Of a DNA stretch of 64,000 bases, positions 14,719 through 27,837 are shown in pieces. Origin of the DNA: Laetmonice hystrix. Its lineage: Eukaryota. The position numbers and the translations under genes were made by a program. Every line of letters starts with the position of its first letter. Within the stretch, counting starts at the first letter, position 1. Below the pieces are notes generated by a model. The model saw only the letters and a list, made by a program, of their open reading frames with translations. It ran no database searches and was not told the DNA's origin. The stretch spans positions 13,392,001 to 13,456,000 of the forward strand of contig OZ249447.1 of NCBI GenBank assembly GCA_965235115.1. Reading direction: 5' to 3'.

Positions 14719-14867
14719 GACCGCAAGGCGGACAAGGTTCACAGGGTAAGGACGGTCATGCTAGACCTGATCGACTGCCGCCGACAGCTAATCTCGGGTA
14801 CGCTGACCCTCGACCAGAGTCGGGACCTGAAGGCCCGCATCACCGCCAAGATCGACTGGGGAAACCG
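14719..14867 (+). CDS. DOCK3/DOCK4: DOCK exon: DRKADKVHRVRTVMLDLIDCRRQLISGTLTLDQSRDLKARITAKIDWGN(R)
   Basis: ttgtag/gtacga, 149 nt, phase 0 to 2; IDWGN motif. Confidence 0.95.
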
Positions 14868-17778
14868 GTACGAAATAACCTCCTCTCTTTATACAAAAAA
14901 ATCTGTTTTACCTGACGTTCGGGAATATAATACTTGATGTTAACTTAAGTGTAGCCAGGATGTGGCTGATGAACACCTGTGTATCGTAGACCTTGATAAC
15001 ATATGCCCCCGTTACGTGACTCAGTCTCAGGTATATAGTCTAGACGTAGATGTGCCAGATTCGCAGATATACTATGGTGGCACCTGGCCAGATATCATAG
15101 GTGTTACATGATAACAGGTCGTTTCAGACTGCTGTCCCCTCCATCCATGCGTACCCAGGTATGCCTGATCATTTACCATGGAAATCACAAACCCTATTTA
15201 AGAAGCTTTTTGCTTGACAAAGAAATCCTTTCCGAAGAGAAGAAAAGCATAACAAACGTGCTGACGAGTCGCACTGTTGGATTGGGCAGAGCAAGAAATA
15301 GAGATTGAGATTCGTGGAATTGGCCATCGTTAAGTACGGGTCATCCAATGACCCATATCAATCAAATATTTTGTAGTTTGTAGAATGCCTTTGAGTGAAA
15401 GCTCTGAGAATATTTCAAATGTGGAGGAAGGAAAGTAGTGAGCGTTTTTAGTTACCAAGAAAACACAAAATGAAATCGTTCAGTGGGTCCTTGCCGATTA
15501 CAAAATGTATTGTAGATAAGACCAGGCTATAGGCCCACCATTGGAGTCCGAAACCCAGAGGATCTCCGAGCTATCTGAAGGTTTGGTCTGACCTCCTGTG
15601 GCGATTTAAAATCGTGGTGAGCTGTTGGTGAAGATACCGGCAGAAGACACCATACACTCATCCGACATTCTCAGCACGACTATATACCCACAGGACCGTT
15701 CCCCATGCAGGACCCCCCTCACTTACCCAGGACAATAGCATCAGCAATCTTTCCCTGGTCAAGTGGAATTGTTCTAAAGCTGACGGCAACGAGACAGTCG
15801 GCTCCATTAGAGTATGGAATACCCAGGGCAGCGCCATACTGTAGCTATATCTCACTACCAGCATCACTGCTGGGGCACCAGCTTTAAATAAATTTTACAA
15901 GAAAAGATTCAGGTTTGACGGTTCAGGCACTATCTTGTATGATGAGACTGTGGCTATCCAATTATAGCGGGCAGGCAGCGACTGAGAGGACCCAGTACTG
16001 GTGGGGGTAGAGTCTCCGCCGTCCCTCCAGGGGGCGCTGGTCACACCCTTGGTGATGCTCTGCTACAGTACTAGTCACGTGACCAAGGGCCGGCAGATAT
16101 TGTCTATCTAATGATGGACGGGTAATCCAGGACAAAGTCCCAATTGGTGCTAATCTTGATCCGCCTAGCGCCGGTTGATGGGATCACTGAGCCCCCATCA
16201 CCATTGATGCCCTGTGTTAGTGTGGTTAGGAGGGCCGTTACGGACGGCTCAGGCAGGAAATCAAAGATGAAAGTGTAATGGTTTTTTTTTTTTCAATACT
16301 GAACCGTTCATTGGATTCGGTGCTAGATTGTACAAAATCAGAAGAAATCAAGTGAAGAGAGTCGAGAGTTACCATCTGTTGGTGATTAGAGTGGAAATTG
16401 TTCGTCGTTATAATGTTTGGAATCTGAATGGATGGTGATGTCGTGGTAGGAATTCTAAGCTCTCGGGGTTTTTTTTAGCGGGAGTGACTGTTTGGAGAGG
16501 ACTGTACTAGATATGACGAATGAGGCGGAGGAGAGGGAGAACTGTATTGCCGGCATGGAGGCGCCTGCCGTCTTGAGGTCCATAGTGAATAAACTCGAGG
16601 TCGTTTAAAGTCAGTGTCAAGTGGCCGTCAGGCATGTTAAGAGCTGCAGCTGACCCGATAACCTTCCAACAAAATATTCACTGGCCAGTCCTCGCCAAGT
16701 AGAAAGAAGGAGGAAGCTTAGAAAATGGATTTTGAACCGAGCTAATCAAGCCTGATCAAATAAGAGTGGAAAAGATTTTTTTTATATAATAATATCAATG
16801 CCGTTTTCAAGCATGAAGCCGTACTTGAAGGGAGGAAAGCCGTATTAATGGTTGGTTTGGCTATGTCGATCAGCCGGAAGATGTGGGTAGTCCAGATTAC
16901 AGAGCTAACAATAGGTCCATTCACACACACGTGAATACCCTATCTCCGACACGTGCACACCGGCGTGCACATGTTCGTGTACCATTAACCTAATTCACAT
17001 CGTTGACGAGATAAAACGACGGAATGAACACTTAGACTAGGGACAGTAGCTGTCAGTGGATGGCGGCCAGGGAATCTATAAATGTTCTGTATGAACTGTC
17101 TCGTTATAGATGGTCATTAGTGTACCGTATAGATGGTAATTAATCGTCTGATGTGGGTTCAACCATATCTCGGATACCATCGTAAGACCACAAATATGTA
17201 TTAAGTGGACAAACAACACATTAGGTGTCCATATCTCTAGTAGCCTTTTTGCACAGATTTAATTTGGAATACCCCACGCTGGGTCTCTCCTTCCTTTTTG
17301 GCAGATATAATTTGTATCTACCACGGGAAATAGACGCAGAGATAAAGTAGAAAATAGATGACCTGGTGCACAAATCAATGTGCAGCCGCCTGCTCATTGG
17401 CGTAATTAGTACATTTAAATAAGTCCGAAGTGAAAACTCTTACGTTGCTAAATATGTTAAGATTGCTGTTGTGTTCTTCCAGTATGAGACCTATCATTAC
17501 CTCAGGCCTGTCATTATCTGAGACGCTACTCAATATTGGCAGATTGTCGTCTGTTCTAGCGTCCCTGCCCACTGGTTGGTAGTAGTGTTGTGTCGAGATG
17601 AGACAGGACATGACAACCATGGCTGCTGAGATCAGAATCTATCTCACCCAATTCACCAGTCAAGCAAGACAGAGGCCTGCCGGACAGTTAGCCAGTTCAA
17701 AGACTTCGCCATGATGTCTTTAATCTGGCGGTAGCTCCTGGGGCTCTGGTACCTTTGTCCAGTGTTGAAGTCAATGCA

Positions 17779-17892
17779 AGGGGTGCGTTTCACAACCATC
17801 GTTAATATCCTGTCGTGCGTTAAAATCCTCATCGGAAATACATTGATGTTAACGATACGACAATCTAACGACAGGTTGTGAAACGCACCCCT
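17779..17892. mobile_element. 114-bp foldback, MITE-like (PIF/Harbinger-like terminus?)
   Basis: Perfect 19-bp terminal inverted repeats AGGGGTGCGTTTCACAACC (17779-17797) and GGTTGTGAAACGCACCCCT (17874-17892), with further imperfect inward pairing; no target-site duplication seen. Confidence 0.55.
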
Positions 17893-19096
17893 CGTTATTT
17901 CCCAGATGTCCGCATGATGACACAGTGGCTGACACTTCATTTAATTAACAGACGCAGACGTACGTCTGATAGTGCTGTCGTCATCTTAGTGACAGTTTCA
18001 TTTATGAACCTCGGCATTTACCGGGAATGTTGTGTCAAGGAACAGAATTAAATGGAGGTTTACTGGTTAATTACGGCATACTGGGCCCCTGAAAGCGGCG
18101 AGTGGATGCTATATCAGCCATTCGTTTACTGTATGGCTGGCTCATACTGTGTCACTATCCTGACTGCCCAGTGTGTGAGATTAAATTAACAGTACACTCT
18201 GAACGTTAAGCCTCTTTCAGTGGGGAATCCTTTATATGTATGAGGTGATTTTTACAATAGGCCTACGTGTCCTAAATTAACTGATGCCTTGAATGTTCCC
18301 TGCGGAATATTCATTTTTTTTAAATAGGAATTAAATTTCAATCAAGAATTATACTTTGGCATTCCTGATTCTTGTTTTTGTAGTTAAAGTAATGAAAAAT
18401 ACAGCATTTGAACATCTTATGCTGGTATTTAAGAACCTGGGCTTTTTTAAAAGCTTGATTAAAGAGCGCTGTAAGGATGGTGGGATCAGAAACGCCACTT
18501 TCATCTACTACTGACAGCCTACCTCCCACCTGCCGACAGTCTCAGCTGTTGAACGGGAAGGTCTACATCTCGGAGGACTCCCAAGTTTTGACGCTAGGCT
18601 CCATGGGAGATACTGCACTGTCGTAACATTTCCATGTTAAATATATACTACGGTACTCATATATGCAGGATAAAGGGTTTCTTTTATTTTTGGTTGAGAA
18701 TTGTTGAGCTATATCCTTTGATTCCAAAGGGGGCCGATTTCTGTTGATACGGAGAAGAACCGATTGATAAAGGCGTGGGAAAAAGTGGAGCGCTGGGAAG
18801 TGGAGTTATTATCCTGTTGGTTGTGATTCCTTAAACCGTTTGTGCAGTGAAGTGGGTTGGATGGAGGAGGATATCGACACTGAAAGACGACGAAAAAAAA
18901 GGAGATTATTGAATTGTGCTGCTGCTTTAACTGAGGCAACCGTTACAACCGCTTCTTTAACACGCTGCAGATTAGGGACGAGCGTTGGATACAAGCACAC
19001 TTAGAGACGACAAAGGGAGACGTGAAATCTCCTCTTAATGCCAGATCTCTACGCTTAATGTTCCACCCAGCGCTGTTAGCATTATCACCGCTCAAA

Positions 19097-19229
19097 ACGG
19101 CAGTCCTCGCCACGGCAGTCCTCGCCACGCCAGTCCTTGCCACGGCAGTCCTGGACATGGCAGTTCTCGCCACGGCAGTCCTCGCCACGGTAGTCCTCGA
19201 CACGGCAGTCCTCGCCACGGCAGTCCTCG
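19097..19229. repeat. 15-bp minisatellite (GCCACGGCAGTCCTC), ~9 copies
   Basis: Read directly. Confidence 0.95.
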
Positions 19230-20239
19230 GGGATTAGACCGTGACAAGTTTCAATTTACTCATTAGGCGTTTATCACGAGGGATTGTCTCAGTCGTACCG
19301 GTGAGAGCCCTCATTGGGGCGGGGCTATACGGAGCAAACCCTCATTGAGAGTAGCTTGTGAGCGATACAAGATTATTGAACACGAAATTAATTAGAACGA
19401 AATGCCAGGGGAATAGACTGTCGGTGGAAATTAATTTTCGGACGTTGGCAGGCTCTGTATTGTGTAAAGGACATAATCCATGACCAGAGTGGTGGTAACA
19501 CAGTTTGTGGACAGCGATTGGTTGTTGTGTAGACTATGGAGATAGAGTCAGGAATGTCGCATTGAAGGTCTCAATAAACATGGCATTGAAAACCCCGGTG
19601 AATTTCAGGAAAGATAAGGCAGCGTGGAGGTTTCCAGGAATCTCACTGGAATGTACTGTGGATCGAGTGCTTTTCAAAGCATGATACAAAGTAAGGCAAG
19701 TAGGAGATATTGTAATTAAAGCCCAGACTGAGAGGTTGAGTGCTATATTAACTGACAGAGACGTAGGGAAGTAGTAATTCATGGTATTACTGGGATTGAC
19801 CAGTTACTAGTACACTACATGTCGTGACCGCTGTGTTGGTGTCGAGACCGGCGTCAGTCCTATAGTAGTTCGACACAATCATGGACGAATGTCTTATCAA
19901 CTCCAGCAAGCTGCTCCAGTAGGCAGCTCTGGCGAGATGCATGCATGCAGCCGGGCGCTGGAGCAAGCGGGCGTGCTGCCACACAGCAACCCTCGATCCT
20001 TTTTTTGAAAATACCAGGCAGTGTGTTGATGTGTGGTGGGGTATTGAGCAGTGTTGGAAACTAGGTCATCATCATATTGCCAGGTGGTGGCATGCGTTGG
20101 CGATTGTGGTAATAATGGTGGCAGCGTCAGTATTACAGCAGTCAGCGATCGGGAACGGGAGGGAGTTGGTTTCCTCCATTGACCTCGGACGTATGGAACC
20201 ACAATTTACACTGGAGTGACTATTGATGACATGAACGTA

Positions 20240-21189
20240 TGTGTCATTATACTACCGACTAGTGCGTCTGCCCACACTAACAGACTGTGTCATATACTAC
20301 CGACTAGTGCGTCTGCCCACACTAACAGACTGTGTCATATACTACCGACTAGTGCGTCTGCCCACACTAACAGACTGTGTCATATACTACCGACTAGTGC
20401 GTCTGCCCACACTAACAGACTGTGTCATATACTACCGACTAGTGCGTCTGCCCACACTAACAGACTGTGTCATATACTACCGACTAGTGCGTCTGCCCAC
20501 ACTAACAGACTGTGTCATATACTACCGACTAGTGCGTCTGCCCACACTAACAGACTGTCATATACTACCGACTAGTGCGTCTGCCCACAATAACAGACTG
20601 TGTCATATACTACCGACTAGTGCGTCTGCCCACACTAACAGACTGTGTCATATACTACCGACTAGTGCGTCTGCCCACACTAACAGACTGTGTCATATAC
20701 TACCGACTAGTGCGTCTGCCCACAATAACAGACTGTGTCATATACTACCGACTAGTGCGTCTGCCCACACTAACAGACTGTCATATACTACCGACTAGTG
20801 CGTCTGCCCACACTAACAGACTGTGTCATATACTACCGACTAGTGCGTCTGCCCACACTAACAGACTGTCATATACTACTGACTAGTGCGTCTGCCCACA
20901 CTAACAGACTGTGTCATATACTACTGACTAGTGCGTCTGCCCACACTAACAGACTGTCATATACTACCGACTAGTGCGTCTGCCCACACTAACAGACTGT
21001 GTCATATACTACTGACTAGTGCGTCTGCCCACACTAACAGACTGTCATATACTACTGACTAGTGCGTCTGCCCACACTAACAGACTGTGTCATATACTAC
21101 CGACTAGTGCGTCTGCCCACACTAACAGACTGTGTCATATACATGTACTACCGACTAGTGCGTCTGCCCACACTAACAGACTGTGTCAT
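20240..21189. repeat. 45-bp minisatellite (43-bp variants), ~21 copies
   Basis: TGTGTCATATACTACCGACTAGTGCGTCTGCCCACACTAACAGAC. Confidence 0.98.
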
Positions 21190-21465
21190 GTAATTAGATA
21201 AAGTCTTTCCCGATATGGAGCTGTCTGAAAATTCATTCCCAAAAAATTCGTTTTCGGTTTCTTAATCGTGAATTAAGACATTTTGATTGTGCAAGGAAGA
21301 AGAACAAGATGGTTCCATGCATTCTCCTTTCCTGATATCTGATTTGCTGCAGTATGAACTGTTTCAAGGGGACTGCCAGGCGCCGACTTTGATAGAAGCT
21401 TAGAAAACGATTCTGATACGGTCCAGAAATATTCGGGGAATACCAGGCTGTGATACCAAGGATTT

Positions 21466-22887
21466 CCACAAGGTGTCAGTACTGGTAGATGAGGTGACCT
21501 CTGTGTGTGTTATGAAGGTGTCACATACTGTAGTAATGTTCAAGTGATATCACTGAGACCTCTGTGAACAGAGAGAGACATCGGATTGCCACAAGGTGTC
21601 AGTACTGGTAGATGAGGTAACCTGTGTGTGTGTGTGTGTTATGAAGGTGTCACATACTGTAGTAATGTTCAAGTGATATCACTGAGACCTCTGTGAACAG
21701 AGAGAGCCACAAGGTGTCAGTACCGGTAGATGAGGAGACCTGTGTGTGTGTTATGAAGGTGTCACATACTGTAGTAATGTTCAAGTGATATCACTGAGAC
21801 CTCTGTGAACAGAGAGAGACATCGGATTGCCACAAGGTGTCAGTACCGGTAGATGAGGGGACCTGTGTGTGTGTTATGAAGGTGTCACATACTGTAGTAA
21901 TGTTCAAGTGATTGCCACAAGGTGTCAGTACTGGTAGATGAGGAGACCTCTGTGTGTGTGTTATGGAGGTGTCACATACTGTAGTAATGTTCAAGTGATT
22001 GCCACAAGGTGTCAGTACTGGTAGATGAGGTAACCTGTGTGTGTGTTATGAAGGTGTCACATACTGTAGTAATGTTCAAGTGATTGCCACAAGGTGTCAG
22101 TACTGGTAGATGAGGTAACCTGTGTGTGTGTTATGAAGGTGTCACATACTGTAGTAATGTTCAAGTGATTGCCACAAGGTGTCAGTACTGGTAGATGAGG
22201 TAACCTGTGTGTGTGTTATGAAGGTGTCACATACTGTAGTAATGTTCAAGTGATTGCCACAAGGTGTCAGTACTGGTAGATGAGGTAACCTGTGTGTGTG
22301 TTATGAAGGTGTCACATACTGTAGTAATGTTCAAGTGATTGCCACAAGGTGTCAGTACTGGTAGATGAGGTAACCTGTGGGTGTTATGAAGGTGTCACAT
22401 ACTGTAGTAATGTTCAAGTGATTGCCACAAGGTGTCAGTACTGGTAGATGAGGTAACCTGTGGGTGTTATGAAGGTGTCACATACTGTAGTAATGTTTAA
22501 GTGATATCACTGAGACCTCTGTGAACAGAGAGAGCCACAAGGTGTCAGTACTGGTAGATGAGGTGACCTGTGTGTGTGTTATGAAGGTGTCACATACTGT
22601 AGTAATGTTCAAGTGATATCACTGAGACCTCTGTGTACAGAGAGAGACATCTGATTGCCACAAGGTGTCAGTACTGGTAGATGAGGTGACCAGTGTGTGT
22701 GTTATGAAGGTGTCACATACTGTGGTAATGTTCAAGTGATATCACTGAGACCTCTGTGAACAGAGAGAGACATCGGATTGCCACAAGGTGTCAGTACTGG
22801 TAGATGAGGTGACCAGTGTGTGTGTTATGAAGGTGTCACATACTGTAGTAATGTTCAAGTGATATCACTGAGACCTCTGTGAACAGA
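21466..22887. repeat. Composite minisatellite: 85-bp core with an optional ~30-37-bp module, ~14 copies
   Basis: Core CCACAAGGTGTCAGTACTGGTAGATGAGG...TTCAAGTGAT; module ATCACTGAGACCTCTGTGAACAGAGAGAG(ACATCGG). Confidence 0.96.
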
Positions 22888-23801
22888 ATGGGACATCGAG
22901 GGAATACCCCCCACCCCCACCCAGAGAAGTGATCATATAGCGATGGCGTATACGGACAGGGTGGACTGATGGTGGTTGGGGTGCCGACACAGTCCGATGG
23001 TGTATACATGGAGCTGGGGAGGAGAGGGGGTACGGGGGGGGGGGTACAGGGCAGCACTGGTTGATGTAGGAAATCTAATTACATCAGTCTCCATTTACTT
23101 GATTACTTGCCGAGTTGGGACTGCCCGTCCCAGAGATGAAAGCGCCCAGCTCCAGCAGGAAGCGTGTGGCCAGCCGGCCGGACGGACGGACAGGCACCCA
23201 GACGGACGGAGACCGACTGTGTGATGAAAGGCAACATACGAGATCATGGCCGGCCATTGATCCTCGACTGGTCAAGTGTCGGTGTTAGCGAGGGAGTGAT
23301 GGTGACCATCTATGGAATCACACACCCAACAACCAACAACTTTGTGGGTCTAAGATTGAGGGTCCAAGTCGGCATACGGGGAGGGGGTTCACTGTCAGTG
23401 CGACGAGCACAAAGGGCCTTGGCATTTCCCTGTTGCAATAAAAAATGGATGTGCACATAATTGTAACTTATCATATTGCCAAAGTGTATTATGAACTTGG
23501 GGATTTTATTAGTTTATGGTCATGTGGGGTGATCATTCCGCAATAAGTCCTGGTGTTACACAGCGTGATAACGTGGAGTACAGGAGAATTCGATATACTT
23601 CACATACTGGGTTGTAATGAACAGAGCGGGTACCCCAATGTTGTTATGCCTCGGATACTCGCTTAGGTCGGCATGAAAGGGTCTGATTTGGCAGGTGTGT
23701 TCTCACTAAAGGGTTGGAGATCGCCCAGTATTATTAAGTCATCTTTAGAATAGTGCAGTAAGAGATCGGAAAAAGGAACATTGCCCCTGGACAGGATTAC
23801 G

Positions 23802-24039
23802 ATAGACTGTCACAGCTTGAGGAGTTTTACCAAGGCTACTGGTGTATGTATAGACTGTCACAGCTTGAGGAGTTTTACCAAGGCTACTGGTGTATGTATA
23901 GACTGTCACAGCTTGAGGAGTTTTACCAAGGCTACTGGTGTATGTATAGACTGTCACAGCTTGAGGAGTTTTACCAAGGCTACTGGTGTATGTATAGACT
24001 GTCACAGCTTGAGGAGTTTCCCCAAGGCTACTGGTGTAT
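23802..24039. repeat. 48-bp minisatellite x5
   Basis: ATAGACTGTCACAGCTTGAGGAGTTTTACCAAGGCTACTGGTGTATGT. Confidence 0.97.
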
Positions 24040-24468
24040 GATATAGTACGGCTTCAGACTGAACCAGGAAGTTCAGTAGAAGTGCTTCAGATCCAAAAAA
24101 GAAATCATATCCATTGTTAACTGATATAGACAACATGACATTACATCAGGAAGTATGAACCTGAATAATACGTTACATTTTAAAATTTAACATATGGACT
24201 TTCAGGATACTTCACCGATTTTATCATTCTTGGGAGTTTGCATTTTGTGCCCGTTCGGAATATTCCAAAAAGGATAAAATAGCAAATTTAAGAGTAAAAG
24301 CAAAGAAGATGAAAATTATGCCCAAGGGGGACATACAGTGCGCCATGGTTTCCGTGAGATCCTCAGAGGCCCTCGACCCCGCCCCTTTCTCCAATCCAAA
24401 TCTCACTATGAAAAATGTTTGAGAGGAATAATGCCAGGTGTGTAATGACTTGTTTTGGTGTGTTGTAG

Positions 24469-24589
24469 GTTGCTGGGACTCGACCTGGTACCACGAGTTG
24501 AAGGAGAAATGGCCGACTGTGAACAGATCAGTATCGTCGAACTCTTCAACATCCACGAGCAAAGTACCGTCAATTCTCAGGAAGCTTCG
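24469..24589 (+). CDS. DOCK3/DOCK4: DOCK exon: LLGLDLVPRVEGEMADCEQISIVELFNIHEQSTVNSQEAS
   Basis: ttgtag/gtatgt, 121 nt, phase 2 to 0; LGLDLVPR motif. Confidence 0.95.
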
Positions 24590-25070
24590 GTATGTGGGTC
24601 AGAAATCTTTGAGGGGAATTCCAAAAATAGCATAGAGGACGTGAATGTAGATTGATGTAATCCAACCCCCATTTGGTGCATGCACCCGGTGCGGCTTTAC
24701 ATGGTGCTTGTAATCAATTTGTTATTTTTCTTCGGGTCACCTTACAATACAGGTATGATTGTCGCACCTGTTAATATAGATACACATGATCCTGGTTATG
24801 TTCTGGGTGTCCACACGTTCTCTAAGATACGAGGATATGTGAAGGGATAGATGGTAACTGGGGTTGGCCCCTGGGTAGTCACAACAGTACTCCTGACTTC
24901 CCCCTGTCTCTCTGGGTATTGTAGAGTACTTTGTACAAAAGGCTCATGTTGGAATGGTAACCGTTTTGTGAAACTTTTATTTCACCCTTCATGTATAGTT
25001 GGGGCTTGGTAGAGTATGACTAACCTGGACTGCAGTCGGTAGATTTTGAGTACCTGAGGTCTGGACAGAC

Positions 25071-25264
25071 CCCGTCCTCACCCCACCCCGTCCCGAGGCC
25101 CTCACCCCATCCCGTCCCGAGGCCCTCACCCCATCCCGTCCCCAGGCCCTCACCCCATCCCGTCCCCAGGCCCTCACCCCACCCCGTCCCCAGGCCCTCA
25201 CCACATCCCGTCACGAGGCCCTCAGCCCACCCCGTCCCCAGGCCCTCACCCCATCCCGTCACGA
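25071..25264. repeat. 24-bp C-rich minisatellite, ~8 copies
   Basis: (G/C)AGGCCCTCACCCCATCCCGTCCC. Confidence 0.93.
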
Positions 25265-26281
25265 GGCCCTCACCCCATCTCATGCCATCCAGGAGGAGCT
25301 AACGTACCCAGGCCCCTGGCCACTGGCTGTCTCCGTGTAGCTCACAGTTGGCCTCCCCACTCATTCTAAAGTGAGCTCAGTCAGTAAGGCCCTCACCCCA
25401 TCCCATCCCATCCCATGCCATCCAGAAGGAGCTAACGTACCCAGGCCCCTGGCCACTGGCTGTCTCCGTGTAGCTCACAGTTGGCCTCCCCACTCATTCT
25501 AAAGTGAGCTCAGTCAGTAAGGCCCTCACCCCATCCCATCCCATCCAGAAGGAGCTAACGTACCCAGGCCCCTGGCCACTGGCTGTCTCCGTGTAGCTCA
25601 CAGTTGGCCTCCCCACTCATTCTAAAGTGAGCCCAGTCAGTAAGGCCCTTACCCCATCCCATCCCATGCCATCCAGGAGGAGCTAACTTACCTAGGCCCC
25701 TGGCCACTGGTTGTCTCCGTGTAGCTCACAGTTGGCCTCCCCACTCATTCTAAAGTGAGCTCAGTCAGTAAGGCCCTCACCCCATCCCATCCCATCCCAT
25801 GCCATCCAGAAGGAGCTAACGTACCCAGGCCCCTGGCCAATGGCTGTCTCCGTGTAACTCACAGTTGGCCTCCCCACTCATTCTAAAGTGAGCTCAGTCA
25901 GTAAGGCCCTCACCCCATCCCATCCCATCCAGGAGGAGCTAACGTACTCAGGCCCCTGGCCATTGGGGGTCTCCGTGTAGCTCACAGTTGGCCTCCCCAC
26001 TCATTCTAAAGTGAGCTCAGTCAGTAAGGCCCTCACCCCATCCCATCCCATCCCATGCCATCCAGAAGGAGCTAACGTACCCAGGCCCCTGGCCAATGGC
26101 TGTCTCCGTGTAACTCACAGTTGGCCTCCCCACTCATTCTAAAGTGAGCTCAGTCAGTAAGGCCCTCACCCCATCCCATCCTATCCAGGAGGAGCTAACG
26201 TACTCAGGCCCCTGGCCATTGGGGGTCTCCGTGTAGCTCACAGTTGGCCTCCCCACTCATTCTAAAGTGAGCTCAGTCAGT
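25265..26281. repeat. 122-133-bp tandem repeat x8 with an internal variable (CATCC)n
   Basis: Unit starts at 25265, 25387, 25520, 25643, 25771, 25904, 26027 and 26160. Confidence 0.96.
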
Positions 26282-26626
26282 ACAATGATTTGGCATGTCA
26301 CCAGAGTATGTACTCATATTACGTTTAATGAATGATCGAATGACATGGGATTGACATTCCCCAGCGATGAACTTTATTTTCCAAATTTTGCAGTAGAGTA
26401 CGGGTGCCGTTTTCTTCATAACATGCCATTGTATAATTCACCCCAACACCAGGAGGCGTTAGTTTGGACGTTTTTTATTCTAGAGTTTTGCCTGTCAGCT
26501 ATTCTCGTTCACTTGGATGAACCGATATATAGTAAGTTGGTGTTGTAGCCAGTCTGAGAGGGAGTAGTTAGTAGGGTTAGCGTGCATCTACGTCTAAAGA
26601 CGGCCTTGGCTTATCTTTGTGTTCAG

Positions 26627-26674
26627 ACCTATGGAGGAACTCCGGGTCGGCCCATCCACCCTCTTGAAAAAAGC
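26627..26674 (+). CDS. DOCK3/DOCK4: Putative small cassette exon: TYGGTPGRPIHPLEKS
   Basis: ctttgtgttcag acceptor, gtgagt donor, 48 nt, phase 0-0, no stop; no homology support recognised. Confidence 0.6.
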
Positions 26675-27371
26675 GTGAGTATATAGACGGGCCTGGTCAT
26701 GGGCATGGTCAAGGTAGCATCAAGATCTTTGTAGATATATGTTTGTATCGGTATGATGTACATGATACAGTATCAGTGATAACGTGATACCCTGCACGTC
26801 AGACCACATCTAATCAGCACCGTGATTATATGGAAGAAACAATCTGAAGTACTCGCAGTCAGAATACAGAAGTCGTGATGATTTATCCTACTTGACAAAT
26901 CGGACACATTTGACACAGCGTGGTCATTTAGATATAAACTCCTAAACATTTGTTTTAGTCCAGACGGTAGATGCGTGAATATAGATGTGGCCTGAGCGGG
27001 GACTCGTGTTCTGTGACCTTCACTCTAGCGGGGCAGTTGTCAGAGCACTGTGGGGAAACAAGGGGTGCACGCCGCAACGTTCACCGGCCCGACCCGACTG
27101 GTACCCGACCCGACCCGACTCCCCATGGTGGTCGGAGGTCGGGTAGCGTCGGGCCAGTGTGTGGTGGCCTTTAGAATCCTTCAGTGTGCTTCTCTTCAAC
27201 TCCAGTACACCTATATCTAGGTTAAGATCAGGATTAGGGTGGCTTAATTAGTATACTTAAGGAACAATTAAAGTTAGCGTAGAAAGATAAGATCCGCGAC
27301 TTTGTTTAATTTGGAGTATAGAATATATGTCCCAATCAAGGGTTCCTTACTGTACAGGTGTTCTGTGATGC

Positions 27372-27837
27372 GTATGATATCAATTGAGATGTTAGTGAAG
27401 GATCTCCCTGTCTGGTATGATATCAGTTGAGATAAGGATCTCCCTGTCTGGTATGATATCAGTTGAGATGTTAGTGAAGGATCTCCCTGTCTGGTATGAT
27501 ATCAGTTGAGATGTTAGTGAAGGATCTCCCTGTCTGGTATGATATCAGTTGAGATGTTAGTGAAGGATCTCCCTGTCTGGTATGATATCAGTTGAGATGT
27601 TAGTGAAGGATCTCCCTGTCTGGTATGATATCAGTTGAGATGTTAGTGAAGGATCTCCCTGTCTGGTATGATATCAATTGAGATGTTAGTGAAGGATCTC
27701 CCTGTCTGGTATGATATCAGTTGAGATGTTAGTGAAGGATCTCCCTGTCTGGTATGATATCAATTGAGATAAGGATCTCCCTGTCTGGTATGATATCAGT
27801 AGAGATGTTAGTGAAGGATCTCCCTGTCTGGTATGAT
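27372..27837. repeat. 43-bp minisatellite (35-bp deletion variants), ~11 copies
   Basis: ATATCAGTTGAGATGTTAGTGAAGGATCTCCCTGTCTGGTATG. Confidence 0.97.

Noticed and set aside
19538-19770. Possible Polinton/Ginger integrase C-terminal remnant (GDRVR...YKVR..GD)
   Set aside because: Only a few scattered residues match and there is an internal stop; a TBLASTN or HMM hit would be needed.
20216-21201. Cys/His-containing repetitive ORFs
   Set aside because: Translations of the 45-bp array (15-aa period); not zinc fingers.
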